Shown here in pieces: positions 1 through 9,910 of a stretch of DNA of 64,000 nucleotides. Below the pieces are notes generated by a model, which was given only the letters and a program-made list of their open reading frames with translations, searched no databases and had not been told where the DNA came from. The DNA comes from Deltaproteobacteria bacterium. Its GTDB lineage: Bacteria > Myxococcota > B64-G9. The DNA is taken from assembly GCA_019307065.1 (NCBI GenBank), contig JAFDKH010000020.1, forward strand, positions 43,097 to 107,096, given 5' to 3'. The number at the start of each line of letters is the position of its first letter. Positions within the stretch are counted from its first letter, which is position 1. The position numbers and the translations under genes are program-made.

Positions 1-695
1 ATGCTTTTCGGTTTGAACGAAAGTTCATCGTGTCGGACAGATCGCGCCATGCAATCGAAGGCCTGATTCGATTGCATCCTGCTCATTTCAGGGCAATATA
101 CTCGCTTCGTTATGTGAACAATATCTATTTTGATACCCAGGGCTTTCGCAATTACTTCGACAACCTGCAAGGTGTCGCTAACCGGATGAAAGTCCGGATG
201 CGCTGGTACGGCCAACTGTTCGGCCTTGTAAGTCAACCCGTTCTCGAATTAAAGACCAAGCTGGGTTTCCTGGGATACAAGCGGCGATTTGAGCTTACCG
301 GTTTCGAGTTTGTCAAGGGCATGTTGGCCGACGACATGCTCGATTGCCTCAAGCGCTCCGAGCTGCCGCTGGACGTCATGAACAGTGTCTCGGCCATGCA
401 ACCGGTATTGTTCAATCGATATTCGCGAAGCTACCGGCTTTCGGCCGACAACCGTTTCCGAATGACTGTCGATTCCGAGATGATCTGTAAGCGGATCGAA
501 CGCTCAGCCAACCTTTTTTTAGGCGGCCTCGCAGACCGGGTCAATAGCATCCTCGAGCTCAAATATGCCGAAGAAGATGATAAAGAGGCTTCTCGTATCA
601 GTGAACACTTCCCGTTTCGTCCTGATAAGAGCTCGAAATACATATCCGGTCTGGAGAAGACACACACAGATATTATAAGAATTTCTACTGTATAG
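1..695 (+). CDS. VTC/polyphosphate polymerase domain protein, 5' truncated by the window edge
   Basis: Frame is open from nt 3 (AFRFERKF). Motifs NIYFDT, KVRMRWY, LELKTK, RMTVDS, ILELKY and SKY are typical of the VTC/CYTH-like family. Confidence 0.85.
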   Translation, partial: AFRFERKFIVSDRSRHAIEGLIRLHPAHFRAIYSLRYVNNIYFDTQGFRNYFDNLQGVANRMKVRMRWYGQLFGLVSQPVLELKTKLGFLGYKRRFELTGFEFVKGMLADDMLDCLKRSELPLDVMNSVSAMQPVLFNRYSRSYRLSADNRFRMTVDSEMICKRIERSANLFLGGLADRVNSILELKYAEEDDKEASRISEHFPFRPDKSSKYISGLEKTHTDIIRISTV

Positions 696-698
696 CTT

Positions 699-2840
699 TC
701 ACTTTTTCCCGCCGTTCATGCCCTTGCGCTTGAGCAGGGGTTCGATCTCGGGCTCGGCGCCGCGGAAGCGCTTGTACAACGTCATGGGATCTTCCGCACC
801 ACCGCGACTGAGGATATTCTTACGAAAGGATTCAGCGGTCTTCTGGTCGAACAGGCCGGTCTCCTTGAAGGCCTCGAAAGCATCGGCGTCGAGGACCTGG
901 GCCCAGACGTAGCTGTAGTAGCCGGCCGAGTAGTAGTCACCGGAAAAAATGTGCGCGAAGTAGTGGCTCTTATAACGGACTACGATTTCGGGGATCAAGC
1001 CGATCTTATCGAGCGATTTGGTTTCGAATCCGACAACATCGAGCTTCTCGGCCTGGTCGAGCATGTGCCAGTCCATGTCCAGGAAACAGGCAGCCAGGTA
1101 CTCGACGGTGACAAAACCCTGGTTGAAATAGCGGCTCTTTTCGAGCTTTTCAATCAGCTGGTCCGGGATCGGCTCGTTGGTCTGGTAGTGCTTAGCATAC
1201 ATTTTCAACACTTCGGGCTCAGAGGCCCAGTTTTCCATGATCTGCGAGGGCAGCTCAACGAAATCAACCTTGATGTTGTCCGAACTGCCCGCGTAAGTGG
1301 TGTCGGCCAGCAGCGCATGCAATGCGTGACCGAACTCATGGAAAAGCGTCTCAACTTCTTCGAAGCTCAAGAGCGCCGGCTTGTCCCCGGTAGGCATGGA
1401 GAAGTTACCCACGTTGACGATCAGCGGAGTGATCTTCTTCCCTTCTCGGCGGGACTGTTCCCGGTAGCCTCCGCACCAGGCACCGCCACGCTTGCTGGCC
1501 CGCGGGAAGTAGTCCACATAGAAAATACCGATATGGCTGCCGTCCTTTTCCTGGACCTCGAAGGTGCGCACGTCCTTGTGGTACTTGGGGATGTCGTCTC
1601 TTTCCTTGAATTGGATCCCGTATAACTTCGTGGCGACCTCAAAAGCGCCGTTCAAGACATTTTCGAGCTTGAAGTAGGGCCGCAGCTCGTTTTCGTCCAG
1701 GTCGTACTTGGCTTTCCTGAGCTTCTCGGCGTAGTACCACCAGTCCCAGGGCTGCAGTTTGAAATCCTGGCCTTCCTTCTTGATCAGAGCCTGTAGTTCC
1801 TCGGCCTCGCGTTTTGCCACCGGCAGGGCCGCCTTCCAGACCTGGTCGAGCAGTTTGTAGACGTTCTTGGGGTTCTTAGCCATTCTTCTCACCAACTGGA
1901 AATCGGCGTAGGTTTTGTATCCAAGTAGTTTGGCTTTCTCTACCCTGAGCGCGATGATCTTTTTCAGGTTCTCCTTGTTGTCCAGTTCGTCGCCGTTGTT
2001 GCCCCGCGAGATGTAGCCTGAAAACATCTTCTCGCGCAGCTCGCGTCTGCTAGAAAATTGCAGGAAGGGAATCAAGCTGGGCTTGTGGAGGGTGAAGACC
2101 CACTTGCCCTCGTGACCGCGCTCTTTGGCAGCTTTCGTAGCAGCCGCGACGACCCGCTCGGGAAGGCCGGCCAGGTCCTCCTTTTTCTCCAGCACAATCT
2201 CGAACTTGTTGTTTTCTTTAAGAATGTTCTCCCTAAATTTCAGGTTCAGCAGTGAAAGCTGCTTGTTGATCTCCCGCAGCCTGACCTTGCTCTGATCGTC
2301 TAAGTCTGCGCCACCGCGGACGAAGTCCAGATAGAGCTCTTGCAACAGGGTGCTTTGTTCCACATTAAGCTTCAGTTCGTCTTTCTTTTCATAGATGACC
2401 TTGACCCGCTTGAACAGATCCTGATTGAGCAAGATGTCGTCTTTGTGCTTCGACAGCCTGGGGACCAACTTCTGGGCGATTTTCTGCATTTCGTCGTTGG
2501 TGTCGGCGCTCATCAGGCCGAAGAATGTTCGGGCAACCCGGGTGAGCGGCTCACCGGCCCGGTCGAGGGCTTCCACTGTATTTTCGAAGGTGGGGGCCTC
2601 CGATCTGCCGACGATCTCGGCAACTTGCCGGCTGTGAAGCTCCATGGCCTTTTCAAACGCCGGCAGATAATGCTCGTTCTTTATGCGATCGAAGGGCGGC
2701 GCGTCGAACGGGGTAGCGTACTCTTCGAAGAAGGGATTCGCAGCCATTTTCTCCTCAGGCGGTGGCGTCGTTTTCACCTGCTGGGTGCAGGCAGTAAAAG
2801 TAAGCACGAAGACAGCACACACAAGGCTGTAAACTTTCAT
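699..2840 (-). CDS. dcp: M3 family metallopeptidase (peptidyl-dipeptidase Dcp-like), lipoprotein
   Basis: HEFGH zinc motif, VDFVELPSQIMENW, YSAGYYSY; N-terminal lipobox FTAC. Confidence 0.92.
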   Translation of the reverse strand: MKVYSLVCAVFVLTFTACTQQVKTTPPPEEKMAANPFFEEYATPFDAPPFDRIKNEHYLPAFEKAMELHSRQVAEIVGRSEAPTFENTVEALDRAGEPLTRVARTFFGLMSADTNDEMQKIAQKLVPRLSKHKDDILLNQDLFKRVKVIYEKKDELKLNVEQSTLLQELYLDFVRGGADLDDQSKVRLREINKQLSLLNLKFRENILKENNKFEIVLEKKEDLAGLPERVVAAATKAAKERGHEGKWVFTLHKPSLIPFLQFSSRRELREKMFSGYISRGNNGDELDNKENLKKIIALRVEKAKLLGYKTYADFQLVRRMAKNPKNVYKLLDQVWKAALPVAKREAEELQALIKKEGQDFKLQPWDWWYYAEKLRKAKYDLDENELRPYFKLENVLNGAFEVATKLYGIQFKERDDIPKYHKDVRTFEVQEKDGSHIGIFYVDYFPRASKRGGAWCGGYREQSRREGKKITPLIVNVGNFSMPTGDKPALLSFEEVETLFHEFGHALHALLADTTYAGSSDNIKVDFVELPSQIMENWASEPEVLKMYAKHYQTNEPIPDQLIEKLEKSRYFNQGFVTVEYLAACFLDMDWHMLDQAEKLDVVGFETKSLDKIGLIPEIVVRYKSHYFAHIFSGDYYSAGYYSYVWAQVLDADAFEAFKETGLFDQKTAESFRKNILSRGGAEDPMTLYKRFRGAEPEIEPLLKRKGMNGGKK

Positions 2841-3040
2841 TTTCGCTCCTTTTTTCTTGGTGAACGCTGATGCGCCGTTTGAATTTCCCAGACACGGGCC
2901 GATAGTATCCCGGCGAGATTTACGTGTAAAGAGTGCTGGACTGCCGATTGACTAGATTCGAATCATATATAATTAAAGTTCTTGCGAAAGCTATAATCCT
3001 TCGGTCTAATTCTGTCTCCCTAAGCACCTTAGGAGGTTAC

Positions 3041-3955
3041 ATGAAGGCTGTCCTGTCTACCCTCAAATTCATCGTTGTTTTTCTATTTGTCAGTCTACTC
3101 TCCAACTGCACCCACAGCCCAAAAGGCTTTAATCCGATTCATGGGTTCACTCCGCAAGCAAATTCACAGCTGGAAGCATTTTTTATAAAAACCCAGGTAG
3201 AAACCGGAAGAAAAGTTGCGGTTTTCGACGGCGATGGGACCGTTCTCGGGCAAACCCCCCACTATCTGGCTGATGAGTGCATGTATATGTATGCCAAAAA
3301 GAAACCCGAGAAGAAACCGGAACTACTGGTCGAAATGGGAAAGATACGCAACGTATCTATGCGCTATGTTCAGGGAAGAGTGGAATACTTAGCCGGAGAA
3401 AGTGTGACTTTCCTGCGCGATATGGGCGAAAAGTGTTTCAACCAGCACTACTCAAAAAAGATCTTCGAGCCGAGCCGCCGTTTGATTCAGGTCCTGAAAC
3501 AGCACGGTTTTGAAGTCTGGGTCGTGACCGGCTCACCCCAGGTGCTCTACCAACAATTTCTGGCCAAGCAACTCGATATCCCGATTATCAACGTCGTCGG
3601 AGTAAAATCGGTAGTCCGCGGCGGAATCGTAACCGGTGAGATGGTACCCCCAATACCTCAAGACCACGGCAAGAAAGAAGCCATCGAGACATTCATTCAA
3701 GAACAGCCGCTCTTCGTGGCCGGCAACAGCCGCGGAGACAAGGAGATGATCGAATACAGTCGCGGCCTGAGGATGATTGTGAATCCGGATGAACATGTCG
3801 CGCCCGACCAGAAACAAAGCATCGCCGACTACGCCAAATCCGAAAACTGGCTGATTGTCAGGATTCGCGACGTACCCGAGCCTGGGTTTCCGTCCATTTC
3901 ATCGAAGGCTTTCGGGATCAGAATCAATAAAACCCGGGATGTAAAAAGCGACTGA
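3041..3955 (+). CDS. Exported HAD-superfamily phosphatase, lipoprotein
   Basis: AVFDGDGT motif I, VVTGS motif II, GNSRGD motif IV; AGGAGG before ATG 3041; lipobox LSNC. Confidence 0.8.
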   Translation: MKAVLSTLKFIVVFLFVSLLSNCTHSPKGFNPIHGFTPQANSQLEAFFIKTQVETGRKVAVFDGDGTVLGQTPHYLADECMYMYAKKKPEKKPELLVEMGKIRNVSMRYVQGRVEYLAGESVTFLRDMGEKCFNQHYSKKIFEPSRRLIQVLKQHGFEVWVVTGSPQVLYQQFLAKQLDIPIINVVGVKSVVRGGIVTGEMVPPIPQDHGKKEAIETFIQEQPLFVAGNSRGDKEMIEYSRGLRMIVNPDEHVAPDQKQSIADYAKSENWLIVRIRDVPEPGFPSISSKAFGIRINKTRDVKSD

Positions 3956-3958
3956 CAA

Positions 3959-5449
3959 TCACGAGAAATCGCGCCTGAGCGAAATACCGCGCTTTTTCAG
4001 CAGCCGGTAAATAGTGACCACATTCACGCCGGCCCGGCGAGCAACCGCCTTGATATCCCCACGACATTCGCTGAGTAGATCTTCTAAGTATTGTCGTTCG
4101 AGGGGTTCCAACCAATGCTCGCGCATCTGCACAAGTGTCTTGTAGGCGAACTTCAACTGGGTGGACGCGGGAGTTACCGAGCGAATCGAACCGGGCAGAT
4201 GCTCAGGCAGAATTTCTTCACTAGTAGTCATGATTACGGCATGTTCGACTACGTTTTTCAGTTCGCGCATGTTGCCGGGAAAGTCATAGTTATACATCAT
4301 CGCCATTGCTTGCGGAGATGTTCGTTTTACTTCTTTTTTCATTTTCCTGGCTGCTTGTAATAGAAACACTTCGGTAAGCAACTCGAGGTTGGTCTTATAG
4401 CTACGTAGCGGAGGCAGTTGCAGGGTGACCACGCTCAAGCGGTAGTAAAGGTCGTCGCGAAAGGTACGCTGGCGAACCATGTCCGCCAGATTGTGGTGGG
4501 TCGCACAAATCAGTCGTACGTCGACTCGCGCCGGAGGGACGTTGGAACCAAGCGGCTGAATCTCGCCGTCTTCGACTGCCCGCAAGAGTTTTGCCTGCAA
4601 AGACATAGGCATGTCACCGATCTCGTCGAGGAAAAGAGTGCCCTTGTGGGCCTTGGTGAATTCTCCGGTCTTGGCATAAGTGGCACCGGTAAAAGCCCCC
4701 TTGGCATGCCCAAACAGGGTGCTTTCCAGCAAGGCTTCCGGGATAGCCGCACAGTTGACCGTAATCATCGGCTGGCCCATACGGGTACTGTTGAAATGGA
4801 TCGCATTGGCAACCAGCTCTTTGCCGGTCCCGCTTTCTCCATGAATCAATACCGGAGCGTCAGTCGGAGCTACTTGTTCGAGTTGGCGTTCCACTTCGAG
4901 CCATTCGGTCGACAGACCCTTGATTAGAAAAGGCCTGCCCTGCCCCGGTCCCTTCGACCAATATAGCTGGGCGCGGCGTAAAAACTTGGCTGACGACTCA
5001 GCCAGGCTCTGAAGTTCCTCGATGTGCTCGGTCCCGAAAGCATCCGGCTCTCGCGCCGAAACAGTGATTACTCCCATGGCCCGCTTTTGATAAGGGATTG
5101 GCACGGCCACGACCGATCGGACATCCTGAAAATATCTGGCATAATGAGGGTCGTTATTGGTGTCATTACACAGATAGGCTTGATTGTTGTCGTATACCCA
5201 TAAGGCGATACCGTTCGGCCGATCATCTTGGCGATGGCGCAGCAACACTCCGGGCAGGTTGATAATCAAGTCATCGACCAGATGGAAATGGATCGCCAGA
5301 CCTTTGGCTTTTCGATCCCATAAAAAGATCGCCCCGTTGTGGGCATTGGTGCGTTCGAGGGCCAACTCCATGACCCGCCGCTCGAGCGACTCGGCTTCGG
5401 CCGAATGCAGGGCCTCGTCTGTCGGCGAGATTAGTTTACTTTCACGCAT
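3959..5449 (-). CDS. GAF-domain sigma-54-dependent transcriptional activator (Fis family)
   Basis: GESGTGKE Walker A, GAFTGA loop, LFLDEIG, FPGNMREL, C-terminal HTH, N-terminal GAF-like region. Confidence 0.93.
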   Translation of the reverse strand: MRESKLISPTDEALHSAEAESLERRVMELALERTNAHNGAIFLWDRKAKGLAIHFHLVDDLIINLPGVLLRHRQDDRPNGIALWVYDNNQAYLCNDTNNDPHYARYFQDVRSVVAVPIPYQKRAMGVITVSAREPDAFGTEHIEELQSLAESSAKFLRRAQLYWSKGPGQGRPFLIKGLSTEWLEVERQLEQVAPTDAPVLIHGESGTGKELVANAIHFNSTRMGQPMITVNCAAIPEALLESTLFGHAKGAFTGATYAKTGEFTKAHKGTLFLDEIGDMPMSLQAKLLRAVEDGEIQPLGSNVPPARVDVRLICATHHNLADMVRQRTFRDDLYYRLSVVTLQLPPLRSYKTNLELLTEVFLLQAARKMKKEVKRTSPQAMAMMYNYDFPGNMRELKNVVEHAVIMTTSEEILPEHLPGSIRSVTPASTQLKFAYKTLVQMREHWLEPLERQYLEDLLSECRGDIKAVARRAGVNVVTIYRLLKKRGISLRRDFS

Positions 5450-5454
5450 AATAG

Positions 5455-5468
5455 TTGCATTATTGCAA
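5455..5468. promoter_or_regulatory. Palindrome TTGCA-N4-TGCAA, candidate UAS for the adjacent GAF activator
   Basis: Inverted repeat about 90 bp upstream of the sigma-54 promoter at 5553 and next to the activator start codon. Confidence 0.45.
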
Positions 5469-5552
5469 ATTTTTTACATGATATCAAGCAATATTTTCTC
5501 TCCTCGTGACACACTACTTTGTATTCATTGAACTTCATATTTTCAAACCTTT

Positions 5553-5568
5553 TGGCATGGCCATTGCT
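5553..5568 (+). promoter_or_regulatory. Sigma-54 -24/-12 promoter
   Basis: TGGCATGGCCATTGCT, GG-N10-GC, divergent from a bEBP gene. Confidence 0.8.
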
Positions 5569-5613
5569 AATGAACAAGTAACATATGTCATCACAATTTC
5601 AAGGAGCAGCGCC

Positions 5614-6261
5614 ATGAAGAAATTCAACCAAACCCTTTTCGTAGCAATTGCAGTTATAACCCTGTCCGCCTGTGGTGGAACAGATAATCGAGTCGTGGAC
5701 CTATCTGAATCTGATCAACCGATCGAGCTAATCGACGATACCGGATTGCTGGCCTTTTTGAACGATCAAGTACATACGACTCGTACTTATCTGGATATTG
5801 GCTGCGACATCCGCAAAGATTCAGCAAAGTACATCATCGGCCATCGCGACGGCCTGGACGGCACACCCGGCACAGCCGATGACAATCTGTTCAACGACCT
5901 CGAAGAAGTCGGCAGTGTTTACAAAGTTGGACCTTCCACGTTGGAGAAATTATATATATGTGCTGCCGCCAGCGGTTATCTTTTCTCAAAAGAGGCCGGC
6001 CTGATCGCATTCATGAACGATCAAGCCGAAACAACTGTTGCGCGACTAGATGCCGACTGTGCCATCCGAAGCGACTCGGCTGAGTATCTAATCGGCCATC
6101 GTGACGGCCTTGACCTCATACCCGGCTCACAAGACGACAACTTGTTCGACAACATCGAAGAGATCGACAATGTCTATATGGTGGGCCTGTGGACGATTAA
6201 TCGTCTGTACGCCTGCGCAGAAGGATTCGGCTATTTCACACAAGATCCTGGTGCTTTATAA
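5614..6261 (+). CDS. Lipoprotein with two tandem helix-hairpin-helix-like (ComEA-like) repeats
   Basis: Lipobox LSAC; internal duplication LLAFLNDQ..IIGHRDGLDG..DDNLF..VYKVG versus LIAFMNDQ..LIGHRDGLD..DDNLF..VYMVG; AGGAG before ATG 5614. Confidence 0.6.
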   Translation: MKKFNQTLFVAIAVITLSACGGTDNRVVDLSESDQPIELIDDTGLLAFLNDQVHTTRTYLDIGCDIRKDSAKYIIGHRDGLDGTPGTADDNLFNDLEEVGSVYKVGPSTLEKLYICAAASGYLFSKEAGLIAFMNDQAETTVARLDADCAIRSDSAEYLIGHRDGLDLIPGSQDDNLFDNIEEIDNVYMVGLWTINRLYACAEGFGYFTQDPGAL

Positions 6262-6262
6262 A

Positions 6263-7144
6263 TCAGACCTCATAGAGTATCGAGCGTATCTCTCTAAGTT
6301 GATGAATCATGGTGAGTGGGCTCTGGGTAGCTCCGGCCAGGCATCCGCAATTCGCACAGTCTGCATTTGGCGCAAAACATCTTCTCTTGTTCCAGGAAAC
6401 ATCATAATGGAGGGCTTCATCTCCCCAGTAACACGGGCCGCGGTGGTCGGCAATCGAGTACCATTTAATCATGGTCTCGCTGACCAATAGATCTTCTGGA
6501 AAGAGCTGTTTGACACGAATCAATTCCCGAATTATTGCCTGGCGAGCCTCGCTACCCAACTCCCAAGGATTGTAGCCGTCGTTCCTGGGCGTGTAGATGT
6601 TACACACAACTCCCGTGAAACCAGAGTCCCGGGCAAGCCGAACCACATGCTCGAGTTCGGTGTAGTTTTGCTCGGCCAGAACCATATTGATAACGACCCG
6701 ATCGTCACCGGTAAAGTTTTTCAACACCCGGTCATAGACACCTTGTCCGCGAATGCTGTCGTTTATTTTACGCGAACCATCAATTGATACAAATAACCTG
6801 TGTTTGAACTCACTTGGAATCTTTATGGTTCCGTTTGTGATCACAAAAATGAAAGGAAAGATCTTGTGAGCCAACATTAAAATATCAATCCTGAGAGCAG
6901 GCTCACCGCCTACCAGGAGAATAAAGCGTACGCCGTCTTCGTAAAGCTGCCTGAATCTCTTTTCCCAGACATCAAGCGGTTGATCCTGTTTGTTTAACTT
7001 GTCCCTTCCATAGAAATGATAGCAATGCTTGCAGTGCAGGTTGCAATTGTCGGTGATGTCTACCTCGGCACTGTGCTTAACACCGAGTACGATTCGCCTG
7101 AACTCGAGCCACGGAAAATAAAGCACTGCTTGCATACGCTTCAT
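6263..7144 (-). CDS. Radical SAM protein
   Basis: CNLHCKHC (CxxxCxxC), GGEP, ITNG, SIDG, and a C-terminal Cys cluster CANCGC. Confidence 0.88.
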   Translation of the reverse strand: MKRMQAVLYFPWLEFRRIVLGVKHSAEVDITDNCNLHCKHCYHFYGRDKLNKQDQPLDVWEKRFRQLYEDGVRFILLVGGEPALRIDILMLAHKIFPFIFVITNGTIKIPSEFKHRLFVSIDGSRKINDSIRGQGVYDRVLKNFTGDDRVVINMVLAEQNYTELEHVVRLARDSGFTGVVCNIYTPRNDGYNPWELGSEARQAIIRELIRVKQLFPEDLLVSETMIKWYSIADHRGPCYWGDEALHYDVSWNKRRCFAPNADCANCGCLAGATQSPLTMIHQLREIRSILYEV

Positions 7145-7291
7145 GATTTTCCCTACCAGTCGTGGTTGAAGAGTAGCAATGAATGCGGCCGGTTTCCACA
7201 AGGAATATGACTGAATTCGATTGTCTTGTTCCAAAAAGCAAGAGTGATATAGTCGGGCCGGACACAACCATTTGACTCCAAGGATCGGCAG

Positions 7292-8257
7292 ATGAACAGT
7301 AGTTCCAGCAATTCCAGCGACCGCCTACTAGACAAGTTAACGGCGCCCGATCGGGCCGGCGAGTTTGTCGGCCTGCTATTTGATTTCGGAATGAATCAGG
7401 AATTGAAACTCTACCTCTCGGCCAAGCGAGTTCTGGACCGACTTATTCGAATGGCCCAAAGCCCGTTTCTAAAACATGTAATCACCAAGCATTTCAGGCC
7501 TTTTCTCGATCGCGAAGCAGCCCGGGCAGAGCAACAGGGCGAATGTGTTTCTGCCTACCTCACCCCGCAGGCCAACCAGGTTTTCGACGATTTGTCCAGC
7601 CGACCGGTTCATCTCGAGCAACAGTTTCTCGAGAAGTTAATCAAACAGGATGCAGTCCGCCATCTAATAAAAATGATCGTTATCGAAACCATCAACCGCT
7701 TTATAAAAAGCATCAAGGGAGACGGTGACGGGCTACTAGGCAAGGTCGGCAAGCTGGGAATTGGAAGCGGGCTATTTTCTAAAGTAGGCAAGCAAATCGA
7801 GGCGCACCTGCAATCCGCGGCGGCATCATTTGTACAAGGCTCACTCGATCGGGTCATGAAAACCGTAGTCGCTACGGTCAGCTCACCGGAAATGGCCGTC
7901 CACCTCGGCAAACTGAACAAGGCGGGTTACCGGGCCGTACTGGCGCTCGAAACCACCATCGTCTGGCAAGCCCTGTTGCGCCAGCCGCTCGACGATCTCC
8001 TGGCCGTTGTTCCGGGCCTATTGAGCTTCAACATTGATCGCGCGGTCGTTCAAGAAGCCGTCACCGCCGAAGTGAAGGCCGTCTTGGATGCCGAAGAATC
8101 AAAAACAATTCGTCAAATCGTCAATGACGACCAGCTCACGGCCCAGTGGCGGGCCGAGTGCGTTGAAATCGGCAGTGAGCTCTTGTCCAACTTCGCAAGA
8201 TCCCCGGAATTTCAAAGCTGGCTGGCAGCGGCCGATAAAGATAAATCAGAAGACTAG
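7292..8257 (+). CDS. Hypothetical all-helical protein
   Basis: Long ORF filling the gap between neighbours; no recognised motif. Confidence 0.6.
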   Translation: MNSSSSNSSDRLLDKLTAPDRAGEFVGLLFDFGMNQELKLYLSAKRVLDRLIRMAQSPFLKHVITKHFRPFLDREAARAEQQGECVSAYLTPQANQVFDDLSSRPVHLEQQFLEKLIKQDAVRHLIKMIVIETINRFIKSIKGDGDGLLGKVGKLGIGSGLFSKVGKQIEAHLQSAAASFVQGSLDRVMKTVVATVSSPEMAVHLGKLNKAGYRAVLALETTIVWQALLRQPLDDLLAVVPGLLSFNIDRAVVQEAVTAEVKAVLDAEESKTIRQIVNDDQLTAQWRAECVEIGSELLSNFARSPEFQSWLAAADKDKSED

Positions 8258-8290
8258 CCTTCCGATCGATCCGCTACTTATGAACAGCAG

Positions 8291-9079
8291 CTATTCGGCA
8301 GTCACAACCATATAATCTTCTACAACGTTGAGTTTGACATCGTCGGTGCCTATATCGTCGTAGGGATCTTCGATATCTTCCTGGACGTTGTCCAGGGTCA
8401 CCAGCACCAGGCTATAGAGAACCGCGACCAGGTAACCGACCAGCGGAAACAATTCCGACTTGTAGCACAGCGCCGCGAAATAGGGCCCGAATGCAATCGG
8501 GAAAAAGTTTAGAAACACTCTCGAGTAAGCTCTCAGCGACACCGGTGTCCGATAAGTGGCGATGTTGCGCATGCGCTCGTAGTCAATCATCATCTTGCTG
8601 ACGTATTGGCTGGCGCGGGAAATCTCGCTACCGGTCACCTTGGCCTCGCGCAGGGCCTCGTTCGAAGCGGAAAAGCGCGAGAAAACAGACATGACTTTGC
8701 TGAAACTGGCCTGCGAGCGGCCTTTCTCCATGAGATCTTCCCGAATGGCTATGATCAAGTCTTCGATGATCAGCCTGACGCGTTTACAATGCTCAGATTC
8801 TTTATTGGCTTCACCGGGAACCCAATCACGATGGGCGTAATAGAGAGCCACTCCATGGGCTTTGACTCCGGCAAAGAACTTGAGAGCCTCTTCACGGCGT
8901 TTGTAGGCAGCATTGATCGAAAAAACAATCGGGAAAACGACCGCCAAGCCGATCAAACCAGTCGGAATCTCGGCCCGGATGTTGAAATATAAGCAGGCAT
9001 AGGTCGACCCCACGGCCAGTAAGGAGACAATGAATGTCTGCCAATCAACTACTGAGATGAAGTCCTTGAGTGTTTTCAT
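8291..9079 (-). CDS. Bestrophin-like membrane protein
   Basis: 2+2 TM helices, FSINAAYKRREEA and C-terminal EDIEDPYD resemble bacterial bestrophin motifs. Confidence 0.6.
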   Translation of the reverse strand: MKTLKDFISVVDWQTFIVSLLAVGSTYACLYFNIRAEIPTGLIGLAVVFPIVFSINAAYKRREEALKFFAGVKAHGVALYYAHRDWVPGEANKESEHCKRVRLIIEDLIIAIREDLMEKGRSQASFSKVMSVFSRFSASNEALREAKVTGSEISRASQYVSKMMIDYERMRNIATYRTPVSLRAYSRVFLNFFPIAFGPYFAALCYKSELFPLVGYLVAVLYSLVLVTLDNVQEDIEDPYDDIGTDDVKLNVVEDYMVVTAE

Positions 9080-9272
9080 TTTTTTTCCTCGTCTATAAGA
9101 ATATTTTAAGAAGAACAGTCACTGTTTCTGCATACGGAGAATATCTTAGTTTATCCGGCCAGACTCAAGAGTTATTTATTCTTTTTGCTATTTAAGATGT
9201 TTCAAAAATTTCACCTACCATAGCACCATTGGTACATGTTATATCAACTCCAGAAATATTTCGGGGAGACCA

Positions 9273-9896
9273 ATGATGAAACCAGAAAAAACTTTGGACA
9301 TGCGCGGTCGTACCTGTCCCGAGCCGGTAGTCGAAACCGGCAAGGCACTCAGCGATAATGATATTGTGAAACTCATAATCATAGTTGACAACGATGCAGC
9401 GGTCGAAAACGTTCAGCGGATGGTAACCAGTAAAGGCTGGTCGTCGACTGTCGAAAAGAAAAGTGACGACGAATTCATTGTGAAAGCGCTCAGAGGAGCA
9501 TCGCAACTGTCAACTGCATCTGAAGATGAATGTATCGTTTGTCAGGCACCTGAATCTCGACCCTGGGTGGCAATCCTGATTGCTTCATCCTGCTTCGGCC
9601 GGGGAGACGATGAACTTGGCCGCAAACTGATGGGCGGATTCGTCAAGACGATCAAGCAACTGGATCCTGTCCCCGAGTGTATTATCTTCATCAACAGCGG
9701 CGTAAAATTGGTAATTCAGGGTTCAGAAGTAGTCGATGTTTTAAAAGAGCTTTCTGAATCCGGCGTGCAAATACTAGCCTGCGGCACTTGCCTCGAACAT
9801 TTCAAGATCATGGATGAAATTGCCGTTGGCAACGTATCCAACATGCTCGAAATCGCTTCGACTCTTGTCTCGGCCGACCGCATAGTGCGACCGTAA
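9273..9896 (+). CDS. yedF: Sulfurtransferase-like selenium metabolism protein YedF (TusA + DsrE domains)
   Basis: LDMRGRTCPEPVV TusA motif; GRGDDELG, FINSGVKL and ILACGTCL DsrE-like domain. Confidence 0.85.
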   Translation: MMKPEKTLDMRGRTCPEPVVETGKALSDNDIVKLIIIVDNDAAVENVQRMVTSKGWSSTVEKKSDDEFIVKALRGASQLSTASEDECIVCQAPESRPWVAILIASSCFGRGDDELGRKLMGGFVKTIKQLDPVPECIIFINSGVKLVIQGSEVVDVLKELSESGVQILACGTCLEHFKIMDEIAVGNVSNMLEIASTLVSADRIVRP

Positions 9897-9910
9897 CTAT
9901 TGAGACCTGC

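Noticed and set aside
699-2840. dcp as a mobile insert, given its GC-richer codons
   Set aside because: No flanking repeats found; the bias could reflect expression level.
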